From Clostridia bacterium (GTDB lineage Bacteria > Bacillota > Clostridia > Oscillospirales > UBA644): a DNA stretch of 57,166 bases. The notes beneath the pieces were generated by a model. It was given only the letters and a program-made list of their open reading frames with translations, made no database searches and was not told the origin of the DNA. The DNA lies in assembly GCA_014872655.1 (NCBI GenBank), contig WHHJ01000004.1, forward strand, positions 1 through 57,166, in the 5' to 3' direction. Of this stretch, positions 28,592 to 38,158 are shown piece by piece. Each line of letters starts with the position of its first letter. The stretch's first letter is position 1. The position numbers were made by a program, and so were the translations under genes.

Positions 28592-29801
28592 ATGCTCACA
28601 TCACTCGCTTTGATTTTTTGGGTCGGTCTGTCGACGGCCGCAATCTGTCAAAAATTAAAATTGCCGCGTATTATCGGTATGCTGATTACCGGAATTGTTT
28701 TAGGCCCCTATGTACTGGATTGGCTAGATCCATCTATTTTATCCATTTCATCAGAATTGCGTCAAATGGCGCTGGTTATTATTTTGTTGAAAGCGGGGTT
28801 GTCGTTAGATCTTGCCGATCTAAAAAAAAGTCGGGCGCCCGGCCATTATGATGTCTTGTGTCCCTGCCAGTTTTGAAATTTTGGCCTTTTTCCTTTTTGC
28901 GCCTTACTTGCTCGGCGTTTCAAGAATCGAGGCGGCCGTGATGGGCGCGGTTCTGGGTGCGGTTTCGCCGGCCGTGGTTGTTCCGAGAATGGTGCAGTTG
29001 ATCGACGCCAAATACGGCACTTCCAAAAGTATTCCGCAGCTGATTATGGCAGGCGCATCCTGCGATGATATTTTTGTGATCGTCTTATTTACCACTTTTG
29101 TCAGTATGGCGCAGGGGGGGCAGGTTCACGTGCTGGATTTTGTCAATATCCCTGTTTCCATTGTGCTGGGCATTGCGTTGGGGGCAGTTGTCGGATTTGT
29201 TCTTGCCTGGTTTTTTGAAACGTCTTATGCACATCGGAACGGGATTCGAAACAGTATCAAAGTGTTGATTCTTTTAGGTGTTTCTTTCTTGCTTTTGGCC
29301 ATCGAAACTTGGGCCAAACAGATTGTGTCCGTTTCCGGATTGCTGGCGGTTGTCAGTATGGCGTGTGTGATGAAGATGAAAAGTTCGGATTCGGTGGGTA
29401 AAAGACTGTCTGAAAAATTCGGCAAGTTGTGGATTGCCGCAGAAATTCTTCTTTTTGTATTGGTCGGTGCGGCGGTTGATATTCGTTATACGATGCAGGC
29501 CGGCGTTGCCGCGATTGCGATGATATTGATTGCGCTGATATGCCGGGGCATCGGGGTTTTGCTTTGTTTGATTCGAACGCCGCTAACGTTCAAAGAGCGC
29601 CTTTTTTGTGTGATTGCCTATTTGCCGAAAGCGACCGTACAGGCCGCAATCGGTTCTGTCCCGTTATCGATGGGGCTTTCCTGCGGTCCGCTTGTTTTGT
29701 CTGTTGCCGTGCTGGCGATCCTAATCACCGCGCCGCTCGGTGCGCTGGGGATCGATTGCAGTGCCCGCAGATGGCTTTCACATGATGTGGCGGATTCTTG
29801 A
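28592..29801 (+). pseudogene. Cation:proton antiporter (CPA1/CPA2 Na+/H+-exchanger family) interrupted by a +1 frameshift in an A8 run
   Basis: The N-terminal frame runs 28592-28876 and the C-terminal frame 28848-29801. Removing one A from A8 (28822-28829) gives the continuous reading ...LDLADLKKVGRPAIMMSCVPASFEIL... Confidence 0.75.
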
Positions 29802-29826
29802 CAAGCCGATACGGATATGATACAAT
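29798..29826 (+). promoter_or_regulatory. Sigma-A promoter TTGACA-17 nt-TGaTACAAT
   Basis: The -35 is at 29798-29803 and the extended -10 at 29818-29826. Confidence 0.55.
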
Positions 29827-29866
29827 AAAAAAAATATCCGATTCATCCGTGCAGGGAGGAACTTTT

Positions 29867-31009
29867 ATGTTTGTGTATGCCGATCAGGCGGCAACGACAC
29901 GTATAGACGAACGTGTGCTTTCAGCCATGATGCCGTATTTAAAAGATGGGTATGGCAATGCCGGCAGTCTGCATACGCTCGGGGAACAGGCCCGGCAGGC
30001 CTTACAAACGGCACGTGCCCAGGTGGCGGCGCTGATCGGGGCCGATGCGGATGAGATTTATTTTACATCCGGCGGCACCGAGTCTAATAATTGGGTGATT
30101 CAAAGCGTTGCACAATCCTTTCGGCAAAAAGGGACACATTTTATCTGTACGGATATTGAGCATCATGCGGTGCTGCATCCGTTTGAGCATCTGCAAAAGC
30201 AGGGATATGACGTCTCTTATCTGCATGCCGATGCACAAGGACGTGTAGCAGCTCAGCAACTGGCCGAGGCCTTGCGTCCGGACACGATTCTGGTCAGCGT
30301 GATGACGGCCAATAACGAACTCGGAACGATCGAGCCGATTGAATCGTTGGCGCAAATTGCGGCGCAGCACAACGTATTCTTTCACACCGATGCGGTTGCC
30401 GCCGTAGGACATATGCCGATTGATGTGCAAAAAACAGGCGTGGATTTTTTGAGCCTGTCCGGGCATAAGTTTCATGCTCCCAAGGGGGTTGGCGCTTTGT
30501 ATGTTCGGCGCGGGGTCGAGCTGCCGGCCTGGATGTTCGGTGGCGGACAGGAACGGGGAAAACGGCCGGGTACGGAAAATATTCCGGCGATTGTCGGTCT
30601 GGGTCGAGCTGCGCAGCTGGCCCGGGAGCATTTATCCGAGAATATGGCTTATATCGGCGGCTTGCGCGACCGTTTGCGGCAGGGCATTGCCGCGCGGATC
30701 GAGCGTTGCCGGTTTTATACTCCCACAGACGGTGCATTACCAGGAATTTTAAATGTTGCTTTTGCCTCAGTCAGCGGGGAAGCGGTGCTGCACTTGCTGG
30801 ATATGCGCGGTATTTGCGCGTCGGCGGGTTCTGCGTGTAATGCGCGCCAAACCGAACGGTCGCATGTCATCCAAGCCATCGGAGCCTCCGAGGAATACGC
30901 GGACGGCGTTGTCCGGTTTAGTTTGGATCAGACCAATACCCCGCAAGAAGTAGATGATATTTTACATGCTTTAACAGAGATTGTTTCTCAACTTCGAAAA
31001 ATCTCATAG
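29867..31009 (+). CDS. Cysteine desulfurase (class V aminotransferase, NifS/IscS-like)
   Basis: Contains the PLP-lysine motif SLSGHKFHAPKGVGALY and the catalytic loop SAGSACN. Confidence 0.9.
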   Translation: MFVYADQAATTRIDERVLSAMMPYLKDGYGNAGSLHTLGEQARQALQTARAQVAALIGADADEIYFTSGGTESNNWVIQSVAQSFRQKGTHFICTDIEHHAVLHPFEHLQKQGYDVSYLHADAQGRVAAQQLAEALRPDTILVSVMTANNELGTIEPIESLAQIAAQHNVFFHTDAVAAVGHMPIDVQKTGVDFLSLSGHKFHAPKGVGALYVRRGVELPAWMFGGGQERGKRPGTENIPAIVGLGRAAQLAREHLSENMAYIGGLRDRLRQGIAARIERCRFYTPTDGALPGILNVAFASVSGEAVLHLLDMRGICASAGSACNARQTERSHVIQAIGASEEYADGVVRFSLDQTNTPQEVDDILHALTEIVSQLRKIS

Positions 31010-31044
31010 AAATATTTTACTCAGATAAAGGAGGACCCTGAACG

Positions 31045-31392
31045 ATGATTCACAAAAAGGAACAAATGCCGGTGCAGATCCGGCCGCAAATGCGGGGAGG
31101 AAAAGGACAGGCACAGATCACGACTTTATTTGCGCCGGAAGAGATTACGTCTTCGGTGCGGATGTGTGCTCAGATTCGGCTGCAGCCGGGATGTTCGATC
31201 GGGCTGCATGAACATGCAACCGAGGATGAAATTTATTATTTGTTGCAGGGTACCGGTGTGGTGATGGAGGATGGCAAGTCCTATCCGGTACAGGCCGGCG
31301 ATGCGGTATTGACGGGTAACGGAGAAAGTCATGCTATTGAAAATACCGGAGATGAAGACCTGGTTCTGTTTGCCGTTGTTGTGACTTATTAA
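31045..31392 (+). CDS. Cupin-domain protein (paralogue 1)
   Basis: Carries the cupin motifs GLHEHATEDEIYYLLQG and GESHAIEN. Confidence 0.75.
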   Translation: MIHKKEQMPVQIRPQMRGGKGQAQITTLFAPEEITSSVRMCAQIRLQPGCSIGLHEHATEDEIYYLLQGTGVVMEDGKSYPVQAGDAVLTGNGESHAIENTGDEDLVLFAVVVTY

Positions 31393-31496
31393 AAAAGATA
31401 GATTCACACCGGCATTTGAACCGGCTGTGGTAGTAGCGACAGATGAAAGATAAAAGAAAAAATAGATTGAAACAATGCAGAAAGGTGGTTTTTTAG

Positions 31497-31847
31497 ATGA
31501 TTCGAAAGGCTTCAGAAATGGATCGGGAAGTGGTCCCCAACATGTGCGGCGGCGAGGGAGACGTTGTATTGGATTATGCGTTTCACGGCAATGAAATCAC
31601 CAGCAAGGTAACCGCTTGCTGTACGGTGACGTTGGCGCCTGGTGCAAGTGTCGGACCGCATACGCATCCAACCGATGACGAGATTTATTATATCATCAGT
31701 GGTCAGGGTGAAGTGATCGAGGATGACGGAAAAAAAGTAGCCGTCGGCCCCGGTGACGCGATTCTGACCGGTAACGGAGGCAGCCATCAGATAGCGAATA
31801 TCGGCCGGCAGCCGTTGGTCTTTTTAGCCGTTGTGATTGATTATTAA
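31497..31847 (+). CDS. Cupin-domain protein (paralogue 2)
   Basis: Carries GPHTHPTDDEIYYIISG and GGSHQIAN, and is about 45% identical to the upstream cupin by eye. Confidence 0.75.
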   Translation: MIRKASEMDREVVPNMCGGEGDVVLDYAFHGNEITSKVTACCTVTLAPGASVGPHTHPTDDEIYYIISGQGEVIEDDGKKVAVGPGDAILTGNGGSHQIANIGRQPLVFLAVVIDY

Positions 31848-31860
31848 GCTGAATATCATG

Positions 31861-31895
31861 CAGCCGTTTCTGCAAGGAAACGGCTGTTGTTTTTG
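31861..31895 (+). terminator. Rho-independent terminator
   Basis: Hairpin CAGCCGTTTC-TGCAAG-GAAACGGCTG followed by TTGTTTTTGG. Confidence 0.8.
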
Positions 31896-32156
31896 GCAGA
31901 GTTAATTTGAAAACAAGCGGGATAATCGATCGTGGTTGTCTCGATACCGGTTTGTTCCGGATTCGAAGCTTTTTCGGACACTTTGGCAAAAAAATACATC
32001 GCAGGACAGGCTGGCGGATCCATTGTTTTGGAGTCTTTTTTAGTTGCTTTTGTAAAAAATGCTTTGTCGTTTAGCCTTGAATAGTCCGGACTATCAACCC
32101 TGAATGACCGTACAAAGAACCTCCGCAGCCCAATGATGCGCCGCGGAGGTTGTTGA

Positions 32157-32399
32157 TTATTGTATTTCTTGTTCCAATGTTTTAAAAATATCATCATCAA
32201 AAAAATCCGTAATGGTCATGTCCAGACCATCGCAAAGCTTTTTGAGGGTAATGACGGATAAATCGCGGCGGCTTTCGCTCATTAAACTGTAAACCGTCGA
32301 CGGGGTAACGCCCGAACGGGTAGCCAGTTCATTGTATTTCATATGTCGTTGTTTACAGATTTTTTGCAGGCGGATCACAATCGCATCTTTAATCGACAT
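32157..32399 (-). CDS. XRE-family helix-turn-helix regulator
   Basis: The 80-aa product MSIKDAIVIRLQKICKQRHMKYNELATRSGVTPSTVYSLMS is a Cro/CI-type HTH. The SD GAGGTGA precedes the ATG at 32399. Confidence 0.85.
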   Translation of the reverse strand: MSIKDAIVIRLQKICKQRHMKYNELATRSGVTPSTVYSLMSESRRDLSVITLKKLCDGLDMTITDFFDDDIFKTLEQEIQ

Positions 32400-32444
32400 C
32401 TTTTTCACCTCATACAAATTGTATAAAAATATTCGCACAAGCGT

Positions 32445-32501
32445 ATACGCACTTGCGTATAAACCAATAATATGTTACAATAATTTACGCAGGTGCGTAA
32501 A
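32445..32501. promoter_or_regulatory. Two palindromic operator-like sites TACGCA-NN-TGCGTA in the divergent promoter region
   Basis: The sites are ATACGCAcTTGCGTAT (32445-32460) and TTTACGCAggTGCGTAAA (32484-32501). A degenerate third half-site lies near 32432-32446. Confidence 0.6.
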
Positions 32502-32521
32502 TTATACAGGAGGAAAAGAAA

Positions 32522-32872
32522 ATGAAAATGGCAATTATTGGTTCAAGAGGATTGACGGTTCAAAACTTAAGTCAGTATCTTCCGGAAGGAATTACGCAGA
32601 TCATCTCAGGCGGCGCAAAAGGAATTGATACCTGTGCCAAAGAGTATGCGCAAACAAGTGGAGTCCCACTGACCGAATTTCTGCCTGAATACGAGAAGTA
32701 TGGGCGGAGCGCTCCCTTAAAACGAAATTTACAGATTATAGATCATGCCGATGAGGTGCTGGCTTTTTGGGACGGCCGGTCGAGAGGAACGAAGTTTGTG
32801 ATTGAACAGTGTAAAAAGAAGCATAAAAAGATTACAGTTATTCGGATGCCGTCAGATCGGTCCGTGCAATAA
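32522..32872 (+). CDS. Small SLOG-superfamily protein (DUF2493/YspA-like)
   Basis: Contains IIGSRG, the glycine-rich loop ISGGAKGIDT, and the hallmark LKRNLQIIDHADEVLAFWDGRSRGTKFVI. Confidence 0.75.
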   Translation: MKMAIIGSRGLTVQNLSQYLPEGITQIISGGAKGIDTCAKEYAQTSGVPLTEFLPEYEKYGRSAPLKRNLQIIDHADEVLAFWDGRSRGTKFVIEQCKKKHKKITVIRMPSDRSVQ

Positions 32873-32975
32873 ATATTGGTATAATAAGATGTTATGGGGC
32901 CTGTGCAATGCCTGTTTTTTTGCCCATCCATAAAAAAATGGTAAAATATATGTAAATAAAAAGACAAAAAAACGC

Positions 32976-33004
32976 TTGCAATTTTGTTTCATTTATGGTA
33001 TACT
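32976..33004 (+). promoter_or_regulatory. Sigma-A promoter TTGCAA-17 nt-TGgTATACT
   Basis: The -35 is at 32976-32981 and the extended -10 at 32996-33004. Confidence 0.5.
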
Positions 33005-33038
33005 GTATGCAGCAAAATAGGTGTGGGAGGTGAGGATT

Positions 33039-33872
33039 TTGTCTGAGCAGTCTTTTTCGATTCAGATGATGGGCGCAGAAGTTCGGGCTTGTTTTTCCGA
33101 GGAGTTTGTTGCGGAGATGGGACGTCAGTTAACCCCGGCACTGCTAACCTATTTTGGGCTGAAACATGTAAATAAAAAAATATCGCTGATTATTTTTGCA
33201 ACGTTTGAGTATCAGGATTTATGGCATGCGGAGAGTATGTATCTGCCGATTTTATATATTCGCGGCCGGGAAGAGGGACTGTTGTGGGTTCGGATTTCGG
33301 TAACGGGTCGAATTTTACAGGACTGTAAGAGTCCCGAGGGCGTTCGGTTTGAGTTATGTGAGAAACTGGATGATAAAGTCCAGTATGTCAACAATCGGCT
33401 TAAGCCGGTGTTGGAAACGATAGAAGACAAAGTCCCCGTCGTTGACGAACCGGCAGGTTCGGTCGGCCAGATGTTTATGTATGAGATGGCGCACCAGATT
33501 TCAGAGGAATTAAAGCGTCTTTTATATATTGATTACGATTGCGATCAGCTGCGGTTTGTGATTTACGGCAATACGCCGGAGCAAACGCATATTTTTGAGT
33601 ATGACCATTATGGCTATACGAAATTGCGGGCAGAACTTTCGGGCGGGCAGTTTTTCGAGTTTTGGATCCGCTGGCATTATATCCCATTAGATTCTCCGGT
33701 TGATATTTTTGATATTATCAATTATGGCAGCACATTGTTTGAGATTTGTACTTCGGTTCCCGCCAGTGTCTTGTTGCAGGCGCGTCAGAGTTCCAATGTG
33801 GATAAGATGTGGATCCCGAAGGCACGTGAGATGTTTTTGGCTAACGGGTGTCGGGCAGCCGAAGCGTTTTGA
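33039..33872 (+). CDS. Hypothetical protein (277 aa), no recognisable family
   Basis: A long ORF behind its own promoter. The probable TTG start at 33039 follows the SD GGGAGGTGAGG. Confidence 0.6.
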   Translation: MSEQSFSIQMMGAEVRACFSEEFVAEMGRQLTPALLTYFGLKHVNKKISLIIFATFEYQDLWHAESMYLPILYIRGREEGLLWVRISVTGRILQDCKSPEGVRFELCEKLDDKVQYVNNRLKPVLETIEDKVPVVDEPAGSVGQMFMYEMAHQISEELKRLLYIDYDCDQLRFVIYGNTPEQTHIFEYDHYGYTKLRAELSGGQFFEFWIRWHYIPLDSPVDIFDIINYGSTLFEICTSVPASVLLQARQSSNVDKMWIPKAREMFLANGCRAAEAF

Positions 33873-34102
33873 ACCGGTCATGAGGCGGATGCAAATTGCA
33901 TGGCTGCGCGCACAGAGTCGTGATAGTCGGTTTATTTTTTAAAAAGGGTTTGTATTCGTTTACTTCCTTTTTATAAAAAGTTTTATGAGCGGCAGATGCG
34001 GTTGCGGATAAGCAAGGATGTTATTTTTGTGAGGGGCCTTGGCAGAGGCCTCTTTTATTATCGAAAAAGATGGGATTTTTTTTGTGATTTTTGTGGGATT
34101 GC

Positions 34103-34130
34103 TTGAAAAAGTTATAAAATGATGTATAAT
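34103..34130 (+). promoter_or_regulatory. Sigma-A promoter TTGAAA-16 nt-TATAAT
   Basis: The -35 is at 34103-34108 and the -10 at 34125-34130, with a TG immediately upstream of the -10. Confidence 0.5.
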
Positions 34131-34162
34131 AGTGCTATACGAGTGGGGTTGGGAGTAGAAAT

Positions 34163-34996
34163 ATGTTTGGGTACATTGTGGCCAATATCAAGGCCCTTTC
34201 GGAGGAACAGAAAAAAGTTTATAAGTCTTATTATTGCGGTTTATGTCGCAGTTTGCGGCTTCGCCACGGCTTTGGCAGCCGCAGTACGCTTTCGTTTGAT
34301 ATGACGTTTCTGGCCGTATTGCTGAGCGGCGTTTATGCAGACCGTCCGGAGCAACCGGGGCAGGAGAAATGTTTCTTGCACCCGATTCGCGCACATGACT
34401 ATTTGGACAGCAGCCTGGTCGATTATGCGGCAGATATGAACATTCTGCTCAGTTACTACCACTTTTTAGATGATTGGAAAGATGACCGTAATATCGCGGC
34501 GGCGGCACGCTGTGGCTGTATGCGTTCGGATGTTGAGAAGACAGCAAACGCGCATCCTCGGCAGTCTGCGGCGTTGCGGGATGGTTTAGCGCAGCTTTCT
34601 CAGTATGAGCAGGCCGGGGAGTTAAATCCGGATCTTCCGGCTGAGTGTTTTGGCCGTATTATGGCGGAGATTTTCACGCCGTATGAGGACGAAAAGGCTC
34701 CGTTGCTGCGCCGGTTTGGATCGGATTTAGGGAAATTTATTTATATCATGGATGCTTGTATGGATTTAAAATCCGATTTAAAACATGCGCGGTATAATCC
34801 GTTGGTCGGAAGTTCTTCGTCCCTGTTTCGACCCATTTTAGATACGCTCTTGTATGCCTGTACGGACAGTTTTCGGGCATTGCAGGTAACGCAGCATGTG
34901 GAGATTATTGAAAATGTGCTGTATTCCGGTGTTTGGAGCAGATATGAAGTAAGAGAAAAAAGAAAGGAACATCAACATGGTTCAGGATCCGTATAA
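34163..34996 (+). CDS. DUF5685-family protein
   Basis: The N-terminal [31 protein letters not shown]...[14 protein letters not shown] is the pattern I associate with DUF5685. Confidence 0.7.
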   Translation: MFGYIVANIKALSEEQKKVYKSYYCGLCRSLRLRHGFGSRSTLSFDMTFLAVLLSGVYADRPEQPGQEKCFLHPIRAHDYLDSSLVDYAADMNILLSYYHFLDDWKDDRNIAAAARCGCMRSDVEKTANAHPRQSAALRDGLAQLSQYEQAGELNPDLPAECFGRIMAEIFTPYEDEKAPLLRRFGSDLGKFIYIMDACMDLKSDLKHARYNPLVGSSSSLFRPILDTLLYACTDSFRALQVTQHVEIIENVLYSGVWSRYEVREKRKEHQHGSGSV

Positions 34997-35615
34997 AGTG
35001 CTTGGGGTGGCGCCGGGCGCATCGGAGGCAGAAGTGACAAAGGCGTATCGCAAATTGGCTAAAAAGTATCATCCCGATTTAAATCCGGGCGATGCAAATG
35101 CCGCCAAAAAAATGAGTGAAATCAATGAAGCCTATGATATGATCAAAAACGGCACCACTGCCGGCAGGTCGTCTTCTGCAGGCAGCTCCTATGGCGGATA
35201 CGGGCCCGGCTTTGATCCGTTTGGCGGATATGGGCGGGCAGCTTCCGGACGTCAGTATTCTTCATATGATGTGGTACGGCATTATTTGTCTCGAAATTGT
35301 TATAAAGAAGCGCTGAACGTTTTGCAGGGGATTCAGGACCGGACGGCACAGTGGTATTGTTACAGTGCCATTGCGCATTACGGTCTGGGCAATACCATTA
35401 CCGCTACGCAGCATGCCCAGACGGCCGTTAATATGGACCCGCAAAATCCGCAGTATCAGCAAGTATACGATCAGATACAGAGCGGCGGGCGTATTTATGC
35501 GGGGCGTTCTGTAGAGTATGGTTCGATGTTTGGCAATATTCCTCGGTGGTGCTGGTGGATTTGTGCGCTGAATGCCTGTGCGCCTTGCTGCGGATTTCGT
35601 TTTTGCTGTATTTAA
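34977..35615 (+). CDS. J-domain protein with G/S-rich linker, TPR-like segment and C-terminal cysteine-string tail
   Basis: The J domain is DPYKVLGV...[16 protein letters not shown]. The tail is [23 protein letters not shown]. It overlaps the upstream gene by 20 nt. Confidence 0.85.
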   Translation: MVQDPYKVLGVAPGASEAEVTKAYRKLAKKYHPDLNPGDANAAKKMSEINEAYDMIKNGTTAGRSSSAGSSYGGYGPGFDPFGGYGRAASGRQYSSYDVVRHYLSRNCYKEALNVLQGIQDRTAQWYCYSAIAHYGLGNTITATQHAQTAVNMDPQNPQYQQVYDQIQSGGRIYAGRSVEYGSMFGNIPRWCWWICALNACAPCCGFRFCCI

Positions 35616-35627
35616 AGGAGGCCTTTT

Positions 35628-36029
35628 ATGGGTAAATTCAAACAAAAACTTGCCCGGTTCATGTCGGGACGATATGGGATTGACCGTCTTTATTATATCT
35701 TATTTGGTGTTTTTATCTTTTTTGTGTTTTTGAGTATTTTATTCAGCCGCTGGTTTTCGGTGGTTGCGTGGATTGCGGTTATTTATGCCTTTTTCCGCGT
35801 TTTTTCGCGCAATATTGCGGCGCGTCAAAAAGAGAATGCAGTCGTGTTGGGATTTTTTGGATCAATCCGTCAGTTTTTTCTGCGTACCGCGCACCGGATT
35901 CGGGATCATAAGACCAAAAGGTATCGGAAATGTCCGCACTGTAAAACGGTTTTAAAACTGCCTTATCAGAAAGGGAGCCATACGGTCAAATGTCCGGTAT
36001 GTTCTCACCGTTTTGATGTAAAGTTTTGA
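35628..36029 (+). CDS. Membrane-anchored zinc-ribbon protein
   Basis: Two TM helices (LYYILFGVFIFFVFLSILF and FSVVAWIAVIYAFF) are followed by CPHCKT...CPVCSH. Confidence 0.7.
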   Translation: MGKFKQKLARFMSGRYGIDRLYYILFGVFIFFVFLSILFSRWFSVVAWIAVIYAFFRVFSRNIAARQKENAVVLGFFGSIRQFFLRTAHRIRDHKTKRYRKCPHCKTVLKLPYQKGSHTVKCPVCSHRFDVKF

Positions 36030-36226
36030 GCCCGCAGAAGGTCGAATTTGTTTGTGTAAATACGAAAACAGGCTGTTCTTTGCGCAGTCTGTTTTTTTAT
36101 TGTGTAACTTGTCTAAAAAATCGGACAGTTTTTTATAATATACAGGGAAAATGTTTTTTTTACTTGCTATTAGCCTGCTTTTGTGATATACTGGTATCAA
36201 AGACGATATCCTGGGGAGGAAAGTAC

Positions 36227-36991
36227 ATGTTAAAACTCGGACTTCAGACCTATACGGTACGGGAGGAAATGGACAACGATCTCGTCAAAACGCTCCGGAA
36301 AATCCGGCAAATCGGATATGACGGTGTGGAATTATGCAGTTTTTACGGACACAGCGGAGAAGAACTTCGTCAGATTGTGGAGTCTGAGGGATTGGAGTTG
36401 ATCTCCGTTAGTTTTCAGATACAAGATGTCATTCACGATTGTAAGCGGGAGATGCGGCAAATTGCTCAGACGGGGGCGCCGTATGCCGTGATCCCGTATA
36501 TGCCGCCGGAAAAGCGATATGGGCAGCCGGAATGGGAACAGACGCTGGCCGATATTCGCACGATCAGTAAAGAATGTGCCAAAAACGGGGTTCAGTTGTT
36601 GTATCACAACCATGATTTTGAGTTTCATAAGCAGGACGGGATCTATGATTACGACCGTTTATTGCAAGCCTTTCAGCCCGGCGAATTGATGGCGGAGTTG
36701 GACGTCTGTTGGCTTTCTGTCAGCGGATTGAGTCCTGTCAAACAGTTGCGCAAACTCAGCAGAAGGGTTCCGTTGGTGCATGTCAAAGATTACGAGGGAC
36801 GTCCGGATTTTGACACGTTCCATTTTTGTGCCGTCGGCAACGGCGTGATAGAATTTTCTTCTGTGATCAAAGCTGCGCATATGGCGGGTGCGGAGTGGAT
36901 TATTGTGGAACAGGATCAACCGGAGGACGGGAAAACTCCGTTTGAATGTGTGCAGATGAGTTATGATTATCTGAAAAAAACGGCATTCTAA
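36227..36991 (+). CDS. Sugar phosphate isomerase/epimerase (xylose-isomerase-like TIM barrel)
   Basis: Begins MLKLGLQTYTVRE and contains GYDGVEL, YHNHDFEF, DVCW and HVKD. The SD GGGGAGGAAAG lies upstream. Confidence 0.8.
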   Translation: MLKLGLQTYTVREEMDNDLVKTLRKIRQIGYDGVELCSFYGHSGEELRQIVESEGLELISVSFQIQDVIHDCKREMRQIAQTGAPYAVIPYMPPEKRYGQPEWEQTLADIRTISKECAKNGVQLLYHNHDFEFHKQDGIYDYDRLLQAFQPGELMAELDVCWLSVSGLSPVKQLRKLSRRVPLVHVKDYEGRPDFDTFHFCAVGNGVIEFSSVIKAAHMAGAEWIIVEQDQPEDGKTPFECVQMSYDYLKKTAF

Positions 36992-37048
36992 AAGACGGAC
37001 TTTGGGCAAAAGTCTTTTTGGAATAGATAAAAAACAGGAGGGTTCAAA

Positions 37049-37855
37049 ATGGTGCGAAAGTTGTTTGGCATTGGTTTGGCGTTGGCGTTGTTGTTTTCTT
37101 GTTGTATTGCCGGTATGGCGGAGGAAACGACTGTTACCCGGGAGGATTTAGTGGCATATGTTCAGGATAGCAGGGATTTAGTGGTTCGCCTGTCAACCCT
37201 GGAGCAAACGCGGCAGAATCCTGTGTATACGGAATTTTTAAGTATTTGTGATGAAATTTTAGGCGGTGCGATCGACGATACCAGCCTCAGTATGAACGAA
37301 AAAGCAGACATTTTTAATACGATTTATCTGAGTGCCTTATATGAGCTGAAAATCGGCGCCGGATGCTTGTTAATACTTGGGGAGCGCGCAGCTGAAAAGG
37401 AGATGTCCTCCGATATTCAGGCTTGGGATTATGACGAGCAGACGATCCAGGCCTATAAACTGGAGTATGATTTTATCGTAAACAGTCCTAAACAATACGA
37501 TTTTAATCAAATGACCGATGTACAAGGTCAGCAATTTGTAGCAGATTTTGAAGAGTTGCTGCAATATGAGATCCATGCCAATGAATGGGGTCGGTATGGG
37601 GATATGACCGGTGACAACAAAGTCAGTTTGGCCGATGTTATGCTGTTAGCCCGGACCGTCGTAAGCGGAGGTGGGTTGGCGGACGAGATTGCGTTTCGAA
37701 AGGCGGATTTGACGGCTGACGGAGTGGTGTCTTTGTCCGATGTTTTGTGGATGGCGCGCGGAGTTTTGGGTTCTGTTCCGTTAGGGCTGTATGTTTTTGA
37801 ACGGGATCACGGCGAGTTGTTCCCGGATATCAGCACGGTACTTCCTCTTGTATAA
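37049..37855 (+). CDS. Secreted protein with C-terminal type-I dockerin module
   Basis: A signal peptide is followed, at the C-terminus, by two Ca-binding dockerin repeats: GDMTGDNKVSLADVMLLAR and ADLTADGVVSLSDVLWMAR. Confidence 0.75.
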   Translation: MVRKLFGIGLALALLFSCCIAGMAEETTVTREDLVAYVQDSRDLVVRLSTLEQTRQNPVYTEFLSICDEILGGAIDDTSLSMNEKADIFNTIYLSALYELKIGAGCLLILGERAAEKEMSSDIQAWDYDEQTIQAYKLEYDFIVNSPKQYDFNQMTDVQGQQFVADFEELLQYEIHANEWGRYGDMTGDNKVSLADVMLLARTVVSGGGLADEIAFRKADLTADGVVSLSDVLWMARGVLGSVPLGLYVFERDHGELFPDISTVLPLV

Positions 37856-38158
37856 GTATACAGAGCCTTGTTGTATAAGAATGATATCATTTTATTGGTA
37901 AAAGGCTTAAAATCTGCCCTGTTGCGGGGCAGATTTTTTGTTTCAAGGCAAAGAGGGACAGCTGGTTTAAATCAATGAATGATCGGTTTTTCGCGTTCCG
38001 TGCTCTTTAAAAAGAAGTTGGCTTTTGGGCGGTTTTTCACCGTCTCGGACTTGACAACATTTAGGCAGATATTGTATAATAAAACATATATTTTAAAACC
38101 ATGAGTTTTTAAAAGCATCAGGTTTTGCTTCAGCAAGGCGGCAGAAAGGGTAGTGACA

